Part shown: positions 20,130 through 30,648 of the stretch, one piece after another
Numbering within the stretch: position 1 is the stretch's first letter
Layout of the letters: the number at the start of each line of letters is the position of its first letter
From: Spirochaetia bacterium
GTDB taxonomy: Bacteria > Spirochaetota > Spirochaetia > SP-2023
Length of the DNA stretch: 64,000 bases
Assembly (NCBI GenBank): GCA_965263295.1
Contig: OZ253665.1
Location: 1,504,001 to 1,568,000, forward strand
Direction of reading: 5' to 3'
Translations under genes and position numbers: made by a program
The notes under the pieces: model-generated
What the model was told of the DNA's origin: nothing
The model's input: the letters and a program-made list of their open reading frames with translations, nothing else
Databases searched by the model: none

Positions 20130-21701
20130 TTATATGAGTTTGCGGCATTCAATGTAGAAACGTTTTTCTTCCGCGTGACCAATGGAGAAAGCTTTGCGCG
20201 GCATGACCTGATTGGCGGCCAGTTCGGCAAAAAAATGTTTGCGACATAAATGAGGTAGCAGTATCGCGGCTCCGGCATGCCCCTCCCCGTTGTTGTTCTG
20301 GCGCTCGGCCAAGTCCATGCAGCGTTCTGCCCCGTGAATATAATCCAACTGCCAAGTACTTTGATCCAGGCTGTCCAAGGCTTGCTGCACTACGCGAACA
20401 CATTCTCTGGCTTGGCTGCTGCGGCCGTCCAGTCGCAGAATTCGCCCTTCACAGGCAAAAAGGAAAAACCATTTCTGCGGGTCCGCCTCACATTGCCGAC
20501 AGAGGTAATCTTCGACTGGAGCACTCGCGCCGCTTTGGCATCTCAGCTCCGGCAACTCTGTCAGTTGAACATTGTGCTGACTCTCTTTTTCCAAAATTTG
20601 CAAGAACTTCCCAAACCAATGGGTCAATTGCGGATTACTCAGAGGCTCAAACGGGAGGCGTTTCCCCGGCCCCGCGTTGCGGCAACTGGGCCCTGATTCG
20701 GTATTAAATGACACCAAACGGTGGATCGGCTCAAACGGTATTGCCTCGTCGGCAAAGTTAATCAGTTCGACCAAGGCAAAGCGGCGCGGATCGTCGTCGT
20801 CGGCAGAGCTCTTAACTTCTTCCCAAACCTGTTTGGCTGCGGCCAGGCTGTGGTTGCCGTCACCAACGAGAAATAGCGGACGCAGATCGCTGGCATTTTC
20901 CGCTGCATTTTGTCCTTGATTTTGCCGTTCGCAGTTTTCGAGAGCGGGTATCAGTATACGCTCAATTTCCTCGGTGCCGACGAAATAGCCGCGGACTTCA
21001 CCGTGAATATTAGTATCGGCAGCCGCCGGTCGATAGAGGGGAAAGTCGTAAATGACGGGCAGTTGCCGCTCGTCGTTGGCCTCGGCCAGGTCTATTAGCG
21101 GCCGAAACAGTGTTTGGGCACTATCATCGTAAAGTAACAGGGCATGGCTGAAGTCTAGGGCGCTGTCGGAGCGCAGGGCTTTGCGTACGGGCAGACGCTC
21201 CAGGACCGTTTTCTCTGTCGGCTGGATCTTGGCCCTGGCATGGCAGCTGCGGTCAAAATGGTAATGTTCCAAGTCCGCCGCGATAAGCAGGCCCCATTGT
21301 ACGCGGCCTCTGGCCATGCGTCGGCGCAGCAGAATCAAGGCGGGGCTCTCAGGCTCCCGACCGCCCCGTTCGGCCAGATCGGACAACAGGGAACTATCGC
21401 TTAGGGCCCGGCTACCAGCTCTGACCTGGGATAGCTGGTCTTGCAATTGCCGTGGGGTTTGACCAATTTCAGCTTCCGGCAAGATGGCCTGCAAGGCCGA
21501 GGGCGCCTGAGCGACAGCCTGGCGCAGGTCACGCCAGTACTCAGGTTCGGAAGTATATTGATCACAGGCTATGACGGCCCAACGCTGCCACTTGAGTCGC
21601 TGCTGTAAACGAAATCTGGGCAGCAGGATATTGGGCAGGGCCAGACCAAAGCGCTGCAATTCTTTCTGTAGCTGCGTGTTGCGCGCTGTGCTTTGATTCA
21701 T
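20130..21701 (-). CDS. DUF1015 family protein
   Basis: WAVIACDQYTSEPEYW, GDGNHSLAAAK, FEPIHR, MPRKAFSIG. Confidence 0.88.
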   Translation of the reverse strand: MNQSTARNTQLQKELQRFGLALPNILLPRFRLQQRLKWQRWAVIACDQYTSEPEYWRDLRQAVAQAPSALQAILPEAEIGQTPRQLQDQLSQVRAGSRALSDSSLLSDLAERGGREPESPALILLRRRMARGRVQWGLLIAADLEHYHFDRSCHARAKIQPTEKTVLERLPVRKALRSDSALDFSHALLLYDDSAQTLFRPLIDLAEANDERQLPVIYDFPLYRPAAADTNIHGEVRGYFVGTEEIERILIPALENCERQNQGQNAAENASDLRPLFLVGDGNHSLAAAKQVWEEVKSSADDDDPRRFALVELINFADEAIPFEPIHRLVSFNTESGPSCRNAGPGKRLPFEPLSNPQLTHWFGKFLQILEKESQHNVQLTELPELRCQSGASAPVEDYLCRQCEADPQKWFFLFACEGRILRLDGRSSQARECVRVVQQALDSLDQSTWQLDYIHGAERCMDLAERQNNNGEGHAGAAILLPHLCRKHFFAELAANQVMPRKAFSIGHAEEKRFYIECRKLI

Positions 21702-21826
21702 GGCGTCCTCCGTAGGTCATGGGACATGGAACATTGGGCATGCCTGTGGCCCAAACTTTGGCTCAATTTCGACTCAAGTTTCGACTCAAACTTCAATCAA
21801 GGCTCAATTGGTCCGCCCTCAGGATA

Positions 21827-22969
21827 TCAGATTCGCGGTTTCGTGAGAAACTCAATGCTGGATTTTTCGGGAATCCAACGGCCTTCCAAGTTTTCAAGGT
21901 TTTCTCTGTTTGGGTCGTTTGGGTCGTTTGGTTTTACTTCTTGCTTGATTTCGAGACGAAATAACCAGTTACAGACCAATATGCCAATCTGGCCATAGCG
22001 GTTGCGCACCTGTTGCACCGAGTGAATCATATACTGGCCCGATTTGTGGCGCATGGGTAAAAGTATCGGGCTCGTGTCCAAATGCGGTATTCCGCGTTTA
22101 TTTAGGACCATGCCACGGCTGTCGTAAACTTGGTCGCGGACTAAAACGTCGGCCAGAAGTGAGAGGTCAATATTAATCTTGTAGTTCAGGTCTAATTCTA
22201 TTTCGGCGATGAAGGCCGGATATATATCGGCATTAATCTCGCGCATGAACGGCGAATAATACTTGTCTATATTGGCTTGGCGCTCTGCGTCGGTAAAGCT
22301 AATCCAGGGTCGCACAATGGCTGTCGGCGCTCCAGCCTTTTGGGGGTCAAAGACGTAGAGGTAGTACTGGAATTTTTTGTCGCGACGACTTTGAGCAAAA
22401 CCGAGGAAAAAGTCATCGAGGTCATCGCCGTTAAAATCCTTTACGACCAGCAGGAATTCCTTTAAGCCGCGCTGAGGGGATTGCCGGGGCAGCGAATTGA
22501 GCTGGCGCACGGAGTATTGACGAATCTGTTTACGACTGCCGGGCGGTCCATCGTTACTTTCCAGCAGAAACAGGATATCGTAAAATTCTTTCTGAGTTTG
22601 CAGCTTCTGTTCAATCACTACGCGCCGCTCTCCGACTAGGTAGAGGCGCTCTCTGGCTATAGAACTGGCGATGAAGTCACGATTGAACTGTCCAAATAGC
22701 ACGTACTGGGTATCGGGGTTATGTCCCAGACCTAGTCTATTGCGCACGTTACTATTGAGTATTTTGAATTTTTGGAACTGATACTTTGCAAAACTTGAGC
22801 CATAGTAACGCGAGGTGTTAAAAATGGAATCGGTGCTGAGGTCTGGCAGACCTCCTGCGGCCATTTTTTTCGTTTTTCCGGCTTTTTCTTCATGGCTTTT
22901 GCTGCCGTGATAACTGCTACAGGAGGCGAGAATAGCACATAGACAAAACGACAGCCGCAGTAAGTACAT
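21827..22969 (-). CDS. Hypothetical lipoprotein
   Basis: MYLLRLSFCLCAILASC lipobox; contains a DFNGDDLDD Ca-binding-like motif. Confidence 0.65.
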   Translation of the reverse strand: MYLLRLSFCLCAILASCSSYHGSKSHEEKAGKTKKMAAGGLPDLSTDSIFNTSRYYGSSFAKYQFQKFKILNSNVRNRLGLGHNPDTQYVLFGQFNRDFIASSIARERLYLVGERRVVIEQKLQTQKEFYDILFLLESNDGPPGSRKQIRQYSVRQLNSLPRQSPQRGLKEFLLVVKDFNGDDLDDFFLGFAQSRRDKKFQYYLYVFDPQKAGAPTAIVRPWISFTDAERQANIDKYYSPFMREINADIYPAFIAEIELDLNYKINIDLSLLADVLVRDQVYDSRGMVLNKRGIPHLDTSPILLPMRHKSGQYMIHSVQQVRNRYGQIGILVCNWLFRLEIKQEVKPNDPNDPNRENLENLEGRWIPEKSSIEFLTKPRI

Positions 22970-23124
22970 TAAAATAGCCCCAGAAAGATTTGCAGTATTA
23001 TAATTTTTTTAGGGGAAGATTGAAATAGTTTGTAAATAGGCATGGTAGATTATTTTTTCAGGATTCATTTTTTTTGTGTTTCTGATTTGTCATTGTTTGC
23101 CAGAACTGTACAGGGCAGGGGAAA

Positions 23125-24099
23125 ATGGCTATCCTACGGCCTATGAAGGAAATTAGTTCTCCCAATCACTTGTATGCCGGGCTCTACGATTCGCATTGTC
23201 ACCTCTTTCTCCTGCGCCAGCAGGGCCTGGATATATGGCATTATTTGCGGCAGTGGCGGGCTGCCGGATTGGAATCCCTTTTGAATATCGTGTTGGAGCC
23301 AGATGCAGAGGCCTGGGACTGGCACCTGAGCATTGCGCGAGCTTGCCGGGCCGAGCCGCAACGTTATCCACAAGTTTTCCTGGCCGCCGGTATACATCCC
23401 AATGATGCCGACGGCAGTTCGTCTGCGCGTTATGCGCTCGCGGGGAAATCTGGCACGGGAGAATTTGACGCGCAGGAATTTGCGCGGGAGCTGCTGGAAC
23501 CAGGCTTGAAACAGCTTGCCCTGCGGGCCCAAAGCCCTGAAGTCCTGGCCATTGGCGAGACTGGACTCGATTATTATCGCAGCGAAAAAAACAAACAACT
23601 GCAGCAGCGCAGCCTGGAGTTCCACATTTCCTTGGCGAAAAGTCTGGGCAAGGTACTGATCATCCACAATCGGGATAGCGATGAGGATTTGGCAGAGCTT
23701 CTGTGTCATTCGGCTTCAGATCTGGCGGCCGGGGCCATAATGCATTGTTTCAGCGGCAACCCCCGTCTGGTTGAGTCTTTGTTGCCGCGCGGTTTTTACT
23801 TTTCTTTTGCCGGCAATGTCACTTACAAAAATGCAGAGAACTTGCGTCAGGCCGCCCGCCTGATACCTTTGGAGCGTCTGTTGATTGAAACCGACGCCCC
23901 CTTTTTAGCACCCCAAGCGGTGCGCGGGCAGATTAACCATCCCGGCTTTATCGGTCATACTTTGGATGTACTGGCGCAGTGCCATGGCCTGACGCCAGAA
24001 GCAATGGCCGCTTATTTGCGTCAAAACTGGTTGCGCCTGTTTCCCGCCATGCGTTCGGCTCGCTCTGCTGGGGCGCAGACTGCGGGAGAACTGACATGA
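23125..24099 (+). CDS. TatD family hydrolase
   Basis: DSHCHL, GIHP, IGETGLDYY, IIHNRD, MHCFSG, ETDAPFL. Confidence 0.93.
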   Translation: MAILRPMKEISSPNHLYAGLYDSHCHLFLLRQQGLDIWHYLRQWRAAGLESLLNIVLEPDAEAWDWHLSIARACRAEPQRYPQVFLAAGIHPNDADGSSSARYALAGKSGTGEFDAQEFARELLEPGLKQLALRAQSPEVLAIGETGLDYYRSEKNKQLQQRSLEFHISLAKSLGKVLIIHNRDSDEDLAELLCHSASDLAAGAIMHCFSGNPRLVESLLPRGFYFSFAGNVTYKNAENLRQAARLIPLERLLIETDAPFLAPQAVRGQINHPGFIGHTLDVLAQCHGLTPEAMAAYLRQNWLRLFPAMRSARSAGAQTAGELT

Positions 24100-25484
24100 C
24101 CAAGGCAGCCTCGAGGCTGTCGCAAACTTGCCTGTATCTCAGTCTGCGCGTTTTTTGTAGCTTGCTTCTCACTTTGGTTCTGCTGCATTGTCCGGTTTTC
24201 ATCCTGCCCGCTCGCGGCCAGAGCTGGGAACCTGTTCAAGGTTCTGGGAAAAAAGTTGTCATTCCTGAAAAACTGCGCACCCCAGAGCAACGAGAAGCTT
24301 TTCGCGCCCTTCAGGAAGTTGAGGAATTGGCCGCGACTTATCCGCGCCTACGGGTATTTGCGCGCCTGCAAAGGCGCCTGCCCATGAGAAAATTGGGAAG
24401 AGAGGGAAAAATAGGAAAAAATGGCAGCTCTGCGAGCCGCGATGCCCGCGACAGTATCTGGAGCGAGCCGACTTTGTATGAGGCCTTTCTGTGGCTAAGC
24501 GATTTTGGTTTAGTGGCCAATCTCAGTCTGGCGGACCTGCGAAGCTTGGCACAAAACCTGATGCAAATCCTCCATGCGGCAGGCAACTTGCAAGATAGCC
24601 CGCCGGGAGAATTGGGCCGCATATATATTAAGGACTACTTTCGACGCATAGCTGATAGTTCCTATCCGGGCAAAGGTGCATGGTTAGTATTCCGCTTCTT
24701 TCTCGACGCCATCAATGAGCTTGATGGCGGAACTCGGCGCATCAGTATTCTTTGCAATGCTTATCAGGAAACGGTGTCGCCGGCGAGCTCTAGTTGGTTG
24801 CCCGATCCAGAGCGCTACCCCATGCAGCGCAGTGCCGTGTATCCGCAGCGCAGTAATGACCGGCTCGCTTATCATGCGTATCTGATCCCAATACATTTTG
24901 AAGGGCATTCTAAAGTGCGGACTGAGTCTAATTCATTGCCTTTGGCCGGCTCGGCGCCAAGTACTAGAGACAATGCCGCAGCGACGGAGACGAGCCCTTT
25001 GGCCCAGGCGGCTACAGCAGAGGAGCTCGGCGGGAGGAATGCAAAAGAAATCGCGCCAGGCATTCCCGATCAATCCGTGCGGTATCGCCTGAGCTTTATC
25101 GAACAGTCTGAGCTATATGCAAAACGCACTTTGCATCCCCAATATAGTAATGCCAAGTATCTGGGCGTGCTGCGTAGCTACCTGCGCGATGGCCTCAGCG
25201 ATAATGATCGCGAAGTCCTTCCGGCTATCCATGCCCTCAGTCGCAGAAATCTCAATGCCGACACTTACTTTCTAATGCAGGAACTTATTTTTTATTACTA
25301 TTTACTGTATTTGCCGGATCGCTGCAATTATTTTATCCGTTCACAGCAAACCCATTTGCAGCTATCGCGGGCCAATCCTGTGCTTAAAAACTTGTGGCGA
25401 GTACAGCTGCCTCGCCTGTGGGCCACTATCAATGCGGTGCGCACTCGCTACAGCCGTAAATTTGAGGTCTTGCTGCCGGGCTAG
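24096..25484 (+). CDS. Hypothetical exported protein
   Basis: ATGA overlap with the tatD stop; N-terminal hydrophobic segment; long ORF. Confidence 0.6.
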   Translation: MTKAASRLSQTCLYLSLRVFCSLLLTLVLLHCPVFILPARGQSWEPVQGSGKKVVIPEKLRTPEQREAFRALQEVEELAATYPRLRVFARLQRRLPMRKLGREGKIGKNGSSASRDARDSIWSEPTLYEAFLWLSDFGLVANLSLADLRSLAQNLMQILHAAGNLQDSPPGELGRIYIKDYFRRIADSSYPGKGAWLVFRFFLDAINELDGGTRRISILCNAYQETVSPASSSWLPDPERYPMQRSAVYPQRSNDRLAYHAYLIPIHFEGHSKVRTESNSLPLAGSAPSTRDNAAATETSPLAQAATAEELGGRNAKEIAPGIPDQSVRYRLSFIEQSELYAKRTLHPQYSNAKYLGVLRSYLRDGLSDNDREVLPAIHALSRRNLNADTYFLMQELIFYYYLLYLPDRCNYFIRSQQTHLQLSRANPVLKNLWRVQLPRLWATINAVRTRYSRKFEVLLPG

Positions 25485-25553
25485 AATTTTACACCTTTTT
25501 AAATGTCGCCCATTATCAATGTCACCCGGGGCGGAACACTCGCGACAAAAATC

Positions 25554-26126
25554 TTAGACTGTATAGTTAAAACCTGCCCGTAATACTTGTTTGTTGACGG
25601 GGTTATGCTTGCGATTGCGCTCCGAAATTACAATGTCTAGAGTCGCCTCAATGTCTTCGGTGCTCGCCAGCAGCGGGCGCATGGCCAAAAGCTGGCCAAC
25701 ACAGGCAATATTGGCAGCCCGCTCTGAGCCAAATTGTCGCGACAGTCCGGTAGCCGGCAGGCCGACGACTTGAATGTCGGTGCGTTTGGGTTGGTCCGCA
25801 ATCAGGCTGGTATTGTAAATCAACAGCCCGCCAGGCTGTAGGATCGGTTCAAATTTCAGCAACGAAGGCCGATTCAAGGTGATGATCACCGTGGGTTCAG
25901 CAACCAGCGGCGAGGCAATGGCTTCATTGGCGATTACAACCGAGCAGCGAGCCGTGCCGCCGCGCATTTCAGCACCGTAGGATGGGATATCTGTAACGTT
26001 CAGGCCATTGTTCATACAGGCTACAGTCAGGAGCTGGCCGGCCAATAGGACTCCCTGGCCGCCAAAACCGCCGATGACAATGCGCTCGTGAATGCGCTGA
26101 CTTTGGTTGATCTGCCGGGCATTCAT
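25554..26126 (-). CDS. 2-oxoacid:ferredoxin oxidoreductase gamma subunit
   Basis: GGFGGQGVLLAG, PSYGAEMRGGTA. Confidence 0.92.
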   Translation of the reverse strand: MNARQINQSQRIHERIVIGGFGGQGVLLAGQLLTVACMNNGLNVTDIPSYGAEMRGGTARCSVVIANEAIASPLVAEPTVIITLNRPSLLKFEPILQPGGLLIYNTSLIADQPKRTDIQVVGLPATGLSRQFGSERAANIACVGQLLAMRPLLASTEDIEATLDIVISERNRKHNPVNKQVLRAGFNYTV

Positions 26127-26917
26127 TGCTCTTTCCCCCGGTCGCGCAGTGTGCCCAGGGGATAGGCTTGGGTTAAAGTCGCAGAAATCCACTCGGCCGA
26201 CTTGGCGGGGGACATGCCCCAAGCCGTTGGGCACATGGACAAAACTTCGACAAAACTGTAACCCCGCCCTTCGTCTTGGTATTGTAGGGCCTTGGCGATG
26301 CTTTTTCTGGTCTTGCGCACTTGGGCCGCATTGTGCACGCTGCAGCGCGTGATGTAATACGGGGCTTCAAGGGTGTTCAGCAGTTCTGCCGCGCGAATTG
26401 GCGCCCCATCGCTTGCCATGTCGCGGCCGCCAAGGGTGGTGCTGGTCTTTTGCTCCACCAGGGTGGTTGGGGCCATTTGGCCGCCAGTCATGCCGTAGAC
26501 GGTATTGTTGACGAAGATGACAGTAATGTTTTCGCCCCGATTTGCGGCATGTACTGTCTCAGCCATGCCAATGGCCAAAAGGTCACCGTCGCCCTGATAG
26601 GAAATCACAATATTTTCCGGGTTGGCACGTTTGACGCCAGTCGCCACGGCCGGCGCGCGGCCGTGGGCGGCTTCTAGGCCATCGACATCCAGGTAGTCGT
26701 AAAGCAGGACGGCGCAGCCCACCGGCGCCATGATTACGGTGCGTTCGCGTAGTTGCATCTCATCGATACATTGGGCCACAAGCTTGTGCAGTATGCCGTG
26801 ACCACAGCCCGAGCAGTAATGAGTTGGCCGTTCGCGCAGGGCCTTGGGCCTGCTGTACAACAACTGGGCGCCGTCGCGCTGCGCGTTTTCAATCTGATCT
26901 ATCACTTCTTCATACAT
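26123..26917 (-). CDS. 2-oxoacid:ferredoxin oxidoreductase beta (TPP-binding) subunit
   Basis: YCSGCGHG, HGRAPAVATG, YQGDGD, YGMTGGQ. Confidence 0.93.
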   Translation of the reverse strand: MYEEVIDQIENAQRDGAQLLYSRPKALRERPTHYCSGCGHGILHKLVAQCIDEMQLRERTVIMAPVGCAVLLYDYLDVDGLEAAHGRAPAVATGVKRANPENIVISYQGDGDLLAIGMAETVHAANRGENITVIFVNNTVYGMTGGQMAPTTLVEQKTSTTLGGRDMASDGAPIRAAELLNTLEAPYYITRCSVHNAAQVRKTRKSIAKALQYQDEGRGYSFVEVLSMCPTAWGMSPAKSAEWISATLTQAYPLGTLRDRGKEQ

Positions 26918-28070
26918 ATTTTTTTATCCTCTCGATAATTTGATTTACGGTTGGAGGGGTCCCGCCAACCGTGCCGTACAGTTGAACTTCTGCGCCAGTG
27001 TTGTAGGCGTGAAATTTGATGTCGTCGGCAAACTGGCCCTGACTCATTTCAACTGCCAGGATTTTTTTGGGGGAACCTTTGATGGCATTCAAGGCATCTA
27101 GCAGCTGTCTTTGCGGGAATGGCCACAGCGTCAAAGGTTGAAATAATCCTACCGGGATGCCACTTTGCCGGAGTCGGGATTGAGCTTCACGGCACAGCCG
27201 CGCCGGCATGCCGTAGGCACAAAGTAGGACTTCGGCCTCACCTTCTTTTTCCAGGCCCTCGACGATGGCTCTACTTTCCTTATCTGCGGCCGTCTGGTAG
27301 GTGGCAAAGAGCCTTTTTACGTGCTGTTCCAGCCCCTGGTGTTCCTTTTCCAGGTGGATCGAGGCAATCTTTCGGCCCGGCCGCTCCCTTGCCCCGTCTA
27401 ACACGTAGGCGTCATTGCCGCTTTGTCGGGGCGCCTGATAGCTCTCAAGCAACTGGGGCATGCGTAGAGGTTCGGCCATTTGGCCCAGATAACCGTCGAG
27501 CAGCAGCATGGCGACCATGCGATAGCGGTCGGCCAAATCAAAGGCCAACAGGGTCAGCTCGGCGATGTCTTGGGCGCAGGAGGGCGCCAGTACGATGCAG
27601 TGGTAGTCGCCGTTGCCACCGCCTTTGACGGCCTGATTGTAGTCGCCCTGGGCGCCGGCGATATTGCCCAGGCCCGGTCCGCCACGCATGACATTGACGA
27701 CCACAGAAGGTAGCTGGGCACCGGCCAGGTAGGAAATGCCTTCCTGCATTAACGATATTCCGGGCGAGGAAGAGGAGGTCATGGCGCGCACGCCGGCGGC
27801 GGCGGCGCCAAAGACCATGTTGATTGAAGCCGGTTCACTCTCGGCCTGCAGGAAGCAACCGCCAACCTGCGGCATGCGCCGGGCAAAGTAGGCCGGAATC
27901 TCGTTCTGGGGAGTGATCGGATAACCAAAGTAATGGCGGCAGCCGGCGATGATGGCCGCTTCGGCCAAAGCCTCGTTGCCCTTCATCAGTTGGCGCGGAG
28001 AATCTTCGGACACAACGGCGATTCCCGCGGCCAGATTCTCTCCCGTATGGCAGACGCGGTACTCAGCCAT
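26910..28070 (-). CDS. 2-oxoacid:ferredoxin oxidoreductase alpha subunit (2-oxoisovalerate/Vor-like)
   Basis: KGNEALAEAA, GYPITPQ, QAESE, SSSPGISL, RGGPGLG. Confidence 0.93.
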   Translation of the reverse strand: MAEYRVCHTGENLAAGIAVVSEDSPRQLMKGNEALAEAAIIAGCRHYFGYPITPQNEIPAYFARRMPQVGGCFLQAESEPASINMVFGAAAAGVRAMTSSSSPGISLMQEGISYLAGAQLPSVVVNVMRGGPGLGNIAGAQGDYNQAVKGGGNGDYHCIVLAPSCAQDIAELTLLAFDLADRYRMVAMLLLDGYLGQMAEPLRMPQLLESYQAPRQSGNDAYVLDGARERPGRKIASIHLEKEHQGLEQHVKRLFATYQTAADKESRAIVEGLEKEGEAEVLLCAYGMPARLCREAQSRLRQSGIPVGLFQPLTLWPFPQRQLLDALNAIKGSPKKILAVEMSQGQFADDIKFHAYNTGAEVQLYGTVGGTPPTVNQIIERIKKYV

Positions 28071-28332
28071 GTTTCACCTCCGTTGCCATTTCCGCGCAGT
28101 TGCTCTGGACTTTGGCTGTGATTTGTATCGCTACCTCTGGGCATATTTCGGCGCAGGACAGGCAGCCAATGCAAGCTTCGTGGTCGATGCACTCCATCGG
28201 ATTCAGCCCTTGCTTGTTGATCCGTTGGGAAAAACGCAGGATCTGTTTGGGGCAGTTGGCAATGCACAGGCCGCAGCTCTTGCAGGTTTCATCGTCTACC
28301 CAAATGTGGAATGTGCGTGGTTCTTTGGCCAT
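28063..28332 (-). CDS. 2x[4Fe-4S] ferredoxin (delta subunit)
   Basis: CKSCGLCIANCP and CIGCLSCAEICP. Confidence 0.92.
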   Translation of the reverse strand: MAKEPRTFHIWVDDETCKSCGLCIANCPKQILRFSQRINKQGLNPMECIDHEACIGCLSCAEICPEVAIQITAKVQSNCAEMATEVKHG

Positions 28333-28906
28333 CTTCCCTCCTGTGGCAGGTATTGCCATTCTTTTTTCGGCGTTGCCGCTGGATTTGCTGGTTTAGGCAG
28401 CGATCAAAACAGGCTGCGAACTGTTGTAGCTCTTTGGCTCCATAGCCGTGGCCATGGCTCGGCAGCAGATCGTCGCCGCGAAGCTTCAGGGCCAGGTCGC
28501 GCCGCAGGCGGCGTGCTGAAACGTTGTCGCGACTGAATTCGGTGCCGCGATCGTTAATAATGCGCAAATCGGGCTGCTGCAGGCAAAGCTGTTCGGCAAA
28601 CACGATGTCGCGGGTGATGACCATATCTCCCGGACGACATCGCCTGTGGATGAACTGGTCCGCCGCATCGGTGGCGCAGGCCACCCGATGGAAATAGACG
28701 CGTTGCCGCGGGTCACTGCGAATGGGCTGTTCTTGGGAAGCGACAAAGTGAAAAGGAACCATTTCTTCTTGTTCTCCAGCGATCAGGTCCATCGAAGCGG
28801 CGTTCAGACGTGAGGCCGCCCGCAGCAACACCCGGCGCACTTCACGCGGACAGGAGTCGGCGTCGACCCAGATTCGCAGCAGTTCGCGCTTGGCATCGGT
28901 GTCCAT
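28289..28906 (-). CDS. YaiI/YqxD (DUF188) family protein
   Basis: IWVDADSCP, DAAD, GDMVITRDI. Confidence 0.85.
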   Translation of the reverse strand: MDTDAKRELLRIWVDADSCPREVRRVLLRAASRLNAASMDLIAGEQEEMVPFHFVASQEQPIRSDPRQRVYFHRVACATDAADQFIHRRCRPGDMVITRDIVFAEQLCLQQPDLRIINDRGTEFSRDNVSARRLRRDLALKLRGDDLLPSHGHGYGAKELQQFAACFDRCLNQQIQRQRRKKNGNTCHRREDGQRTTHIPHLGRR

Positions 28907-28916
28907 CAGATTTCTT

Positions 28917-30143
28917 TCAAATTTCTTTGGCCGATGCCACAAATAGTATGGCATCCTGTTCGCCTTCCTGGCCCCCGTGCACATTTGCCGTAATTTCGCC
29001 ACTGCTGGCCGGAATGATGCAGGATTGCCCCTGTTTTAAGCTGATGCCGTTGAGTTCGACACAGCCCTGGTAGACGAAAGCCAACATCACAGGATGCTTA
29101 CTCGGAAAGTATAAAGCGCTGTCTTCAGGGCGCAGGCACCAGCGCTCCAGGCGGAACTCGGCGGCGGTAGAAGGATAGTAGCTGCGCTGCAGATCCATTT
29201 CGCGGGCCTCAATTATCTGCAGTGGAAACGCTTCAAAGTGCAGGGTCCGCATCAGCTCTGGGATGTCCTGATGTTTAGGGGTCAGGCCACCGCGCAAGAC
29301 ATTGTCCGAGTTGGCCATAAGTTCCATGGCCGAACCTTCAAGGTAGGCGTGCAGTATGCCGGCCGGCAGGTAAATAGCCTGGCCTGGCTGCAGGCACAGC
29401 AGGTGCAGGTACAGCGGAGCCAGTGCCCCGATGTCTCCGGGGTAAAATTCAGCCAGGCGGGCGACCCAACGAGCCACGTCGGCGCCGTAATTTTGCGGGG
29501 ACTTCGCGCAGTCCCGCAGGGCAAGGTCTAGCAATTCGGCTTTTTGCTGGGCTTGCAGGTTCATCAGGCTGGAAAAGAAGCTTTGGTGATCGGCAAAACT
29601 CAAGTCCACAGCCGGATTAGAATGATTAAAACGATTAAAATTCTGCCGAATCGCGTCCAACGGGAGGAAGCCGCACATGGCCCAGAATGGCGTCAGCGCC
29701 AGCGTGACCTCAGGCTTGTGGTTGGCATCTTTATAGTTGCGCTGGGGAGCGTCCAGAGCGATGCCGTCGGCGTTCTCGCGGGCAAAGCCGGCTTCGGCCT
29801 GCGCTTTGTTGGGATGGGCCTGTATGGACAACGGTTGCCCGGCTGCTAGCACCTTGAATAAAAACGGCAGACCCTGATATTTCGCCGCGGTTGCGCTGCC
29901 GAGGCCGGAGTCCATTTTACCGCAGTTATCCATTAGATATTGGCTCAGGGGCGTGCGCCCAGAACTCCCTTCCGCCACTGCTTCAACGCACGATTCCGCG
30001 CGGGGATGGACGCCCATCCACAGTTCGGCTTGCGGTTTCTGTTGCGGGTTTTCATAGCCCAGCAAGCAGGGCAGGTAACTTTGGGAACCCCAAGCAAAAG
30101 CCTGGATTTGGTTGTGTAATTTTGCAACTTTCATGCTTGCCAT
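28917..30143 (-). CDS. manA: Mannose-6-phosphate isomerase class I
   Basis: AELWMGVHP, PLSIQAHP, NYKDANHKPE, ELMANSDNVLRGGLT. Confidence 0.96.
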   Translation of the reverse strand: MASMKVAKLHNQIQAFAWGSQSYLPCLLGYENPQQKPQAELWMGVHPRAESCVEAVAEGSSGRTPLSQYLMDNCGKMDSGLGSATAAKYQGLPFLFKVLAAGQPLSIQAHPNKAQAEAGFARENADGIALDAPQRNYKDANHKPEVTLALTPFWAMCGFLPLDAIRQNFNRFNHSNPAVDLSFADHQSFFSSLMNLQAQQKAELLDLALRDCAKSPQNYGADVARWVARLAEFYPGDIGALAPLYLHLLCLQPGQAIYLPAGILHAYLEGSAMELMANSDNVLRGGLTPKHQDIPELMRTLHFEAFPLQIIEAREMDLQRSYYPSTAAEFRLERWCLRPEDSALYFPSKHPVMLAFVYQGCVELNGISLKQGQSCIIPASSGEITANVHGGQEGEQDAILFVASAKEI

Positions 30144-30648
30144 CCTAAACTCAGAATCTATTTTGACAATGCCTGTAGGTAGAACTACAAATTTTTATTG
30201 TATGTCAAAATGAATTATAGTAAAATTTTATACTTCTAATTTAAGGTTATATGAGGGAGAAACAGGCCAGATTTTAAGTGTCGCAAAACAATCTCATTTA
30301 AACGAACTGTTAAAAAAATCATTGAGGGTGACGCTTTCTGTGAATCTGTCAGGCATAGGGTTTCTTGTTTCCAACGTGTTCTCACTTCCGCGCATTTTTT
30401 CAAGTTTTCCCAAATTTTCTCAAAGTTTTCCCAAGTTTTCCCAAGGAGGGTCCAAATTTTGGGGGGTCCAAGTTTTTCAAAACCCACGAAAAACTCTATA
30501 CTGCTTGGCGCTACATTTTGTTTTGTTAAATTTGCTAAAAATGCACCGCCGGTAGAATGCTTTTTTTAGCCGGCCTAATTTTCAATAGACCCATTTTCAA
30601 CAGTTTTCTGGCTGTGGATTCGACTCAATTTTAAGGGAGGGTTGGGCT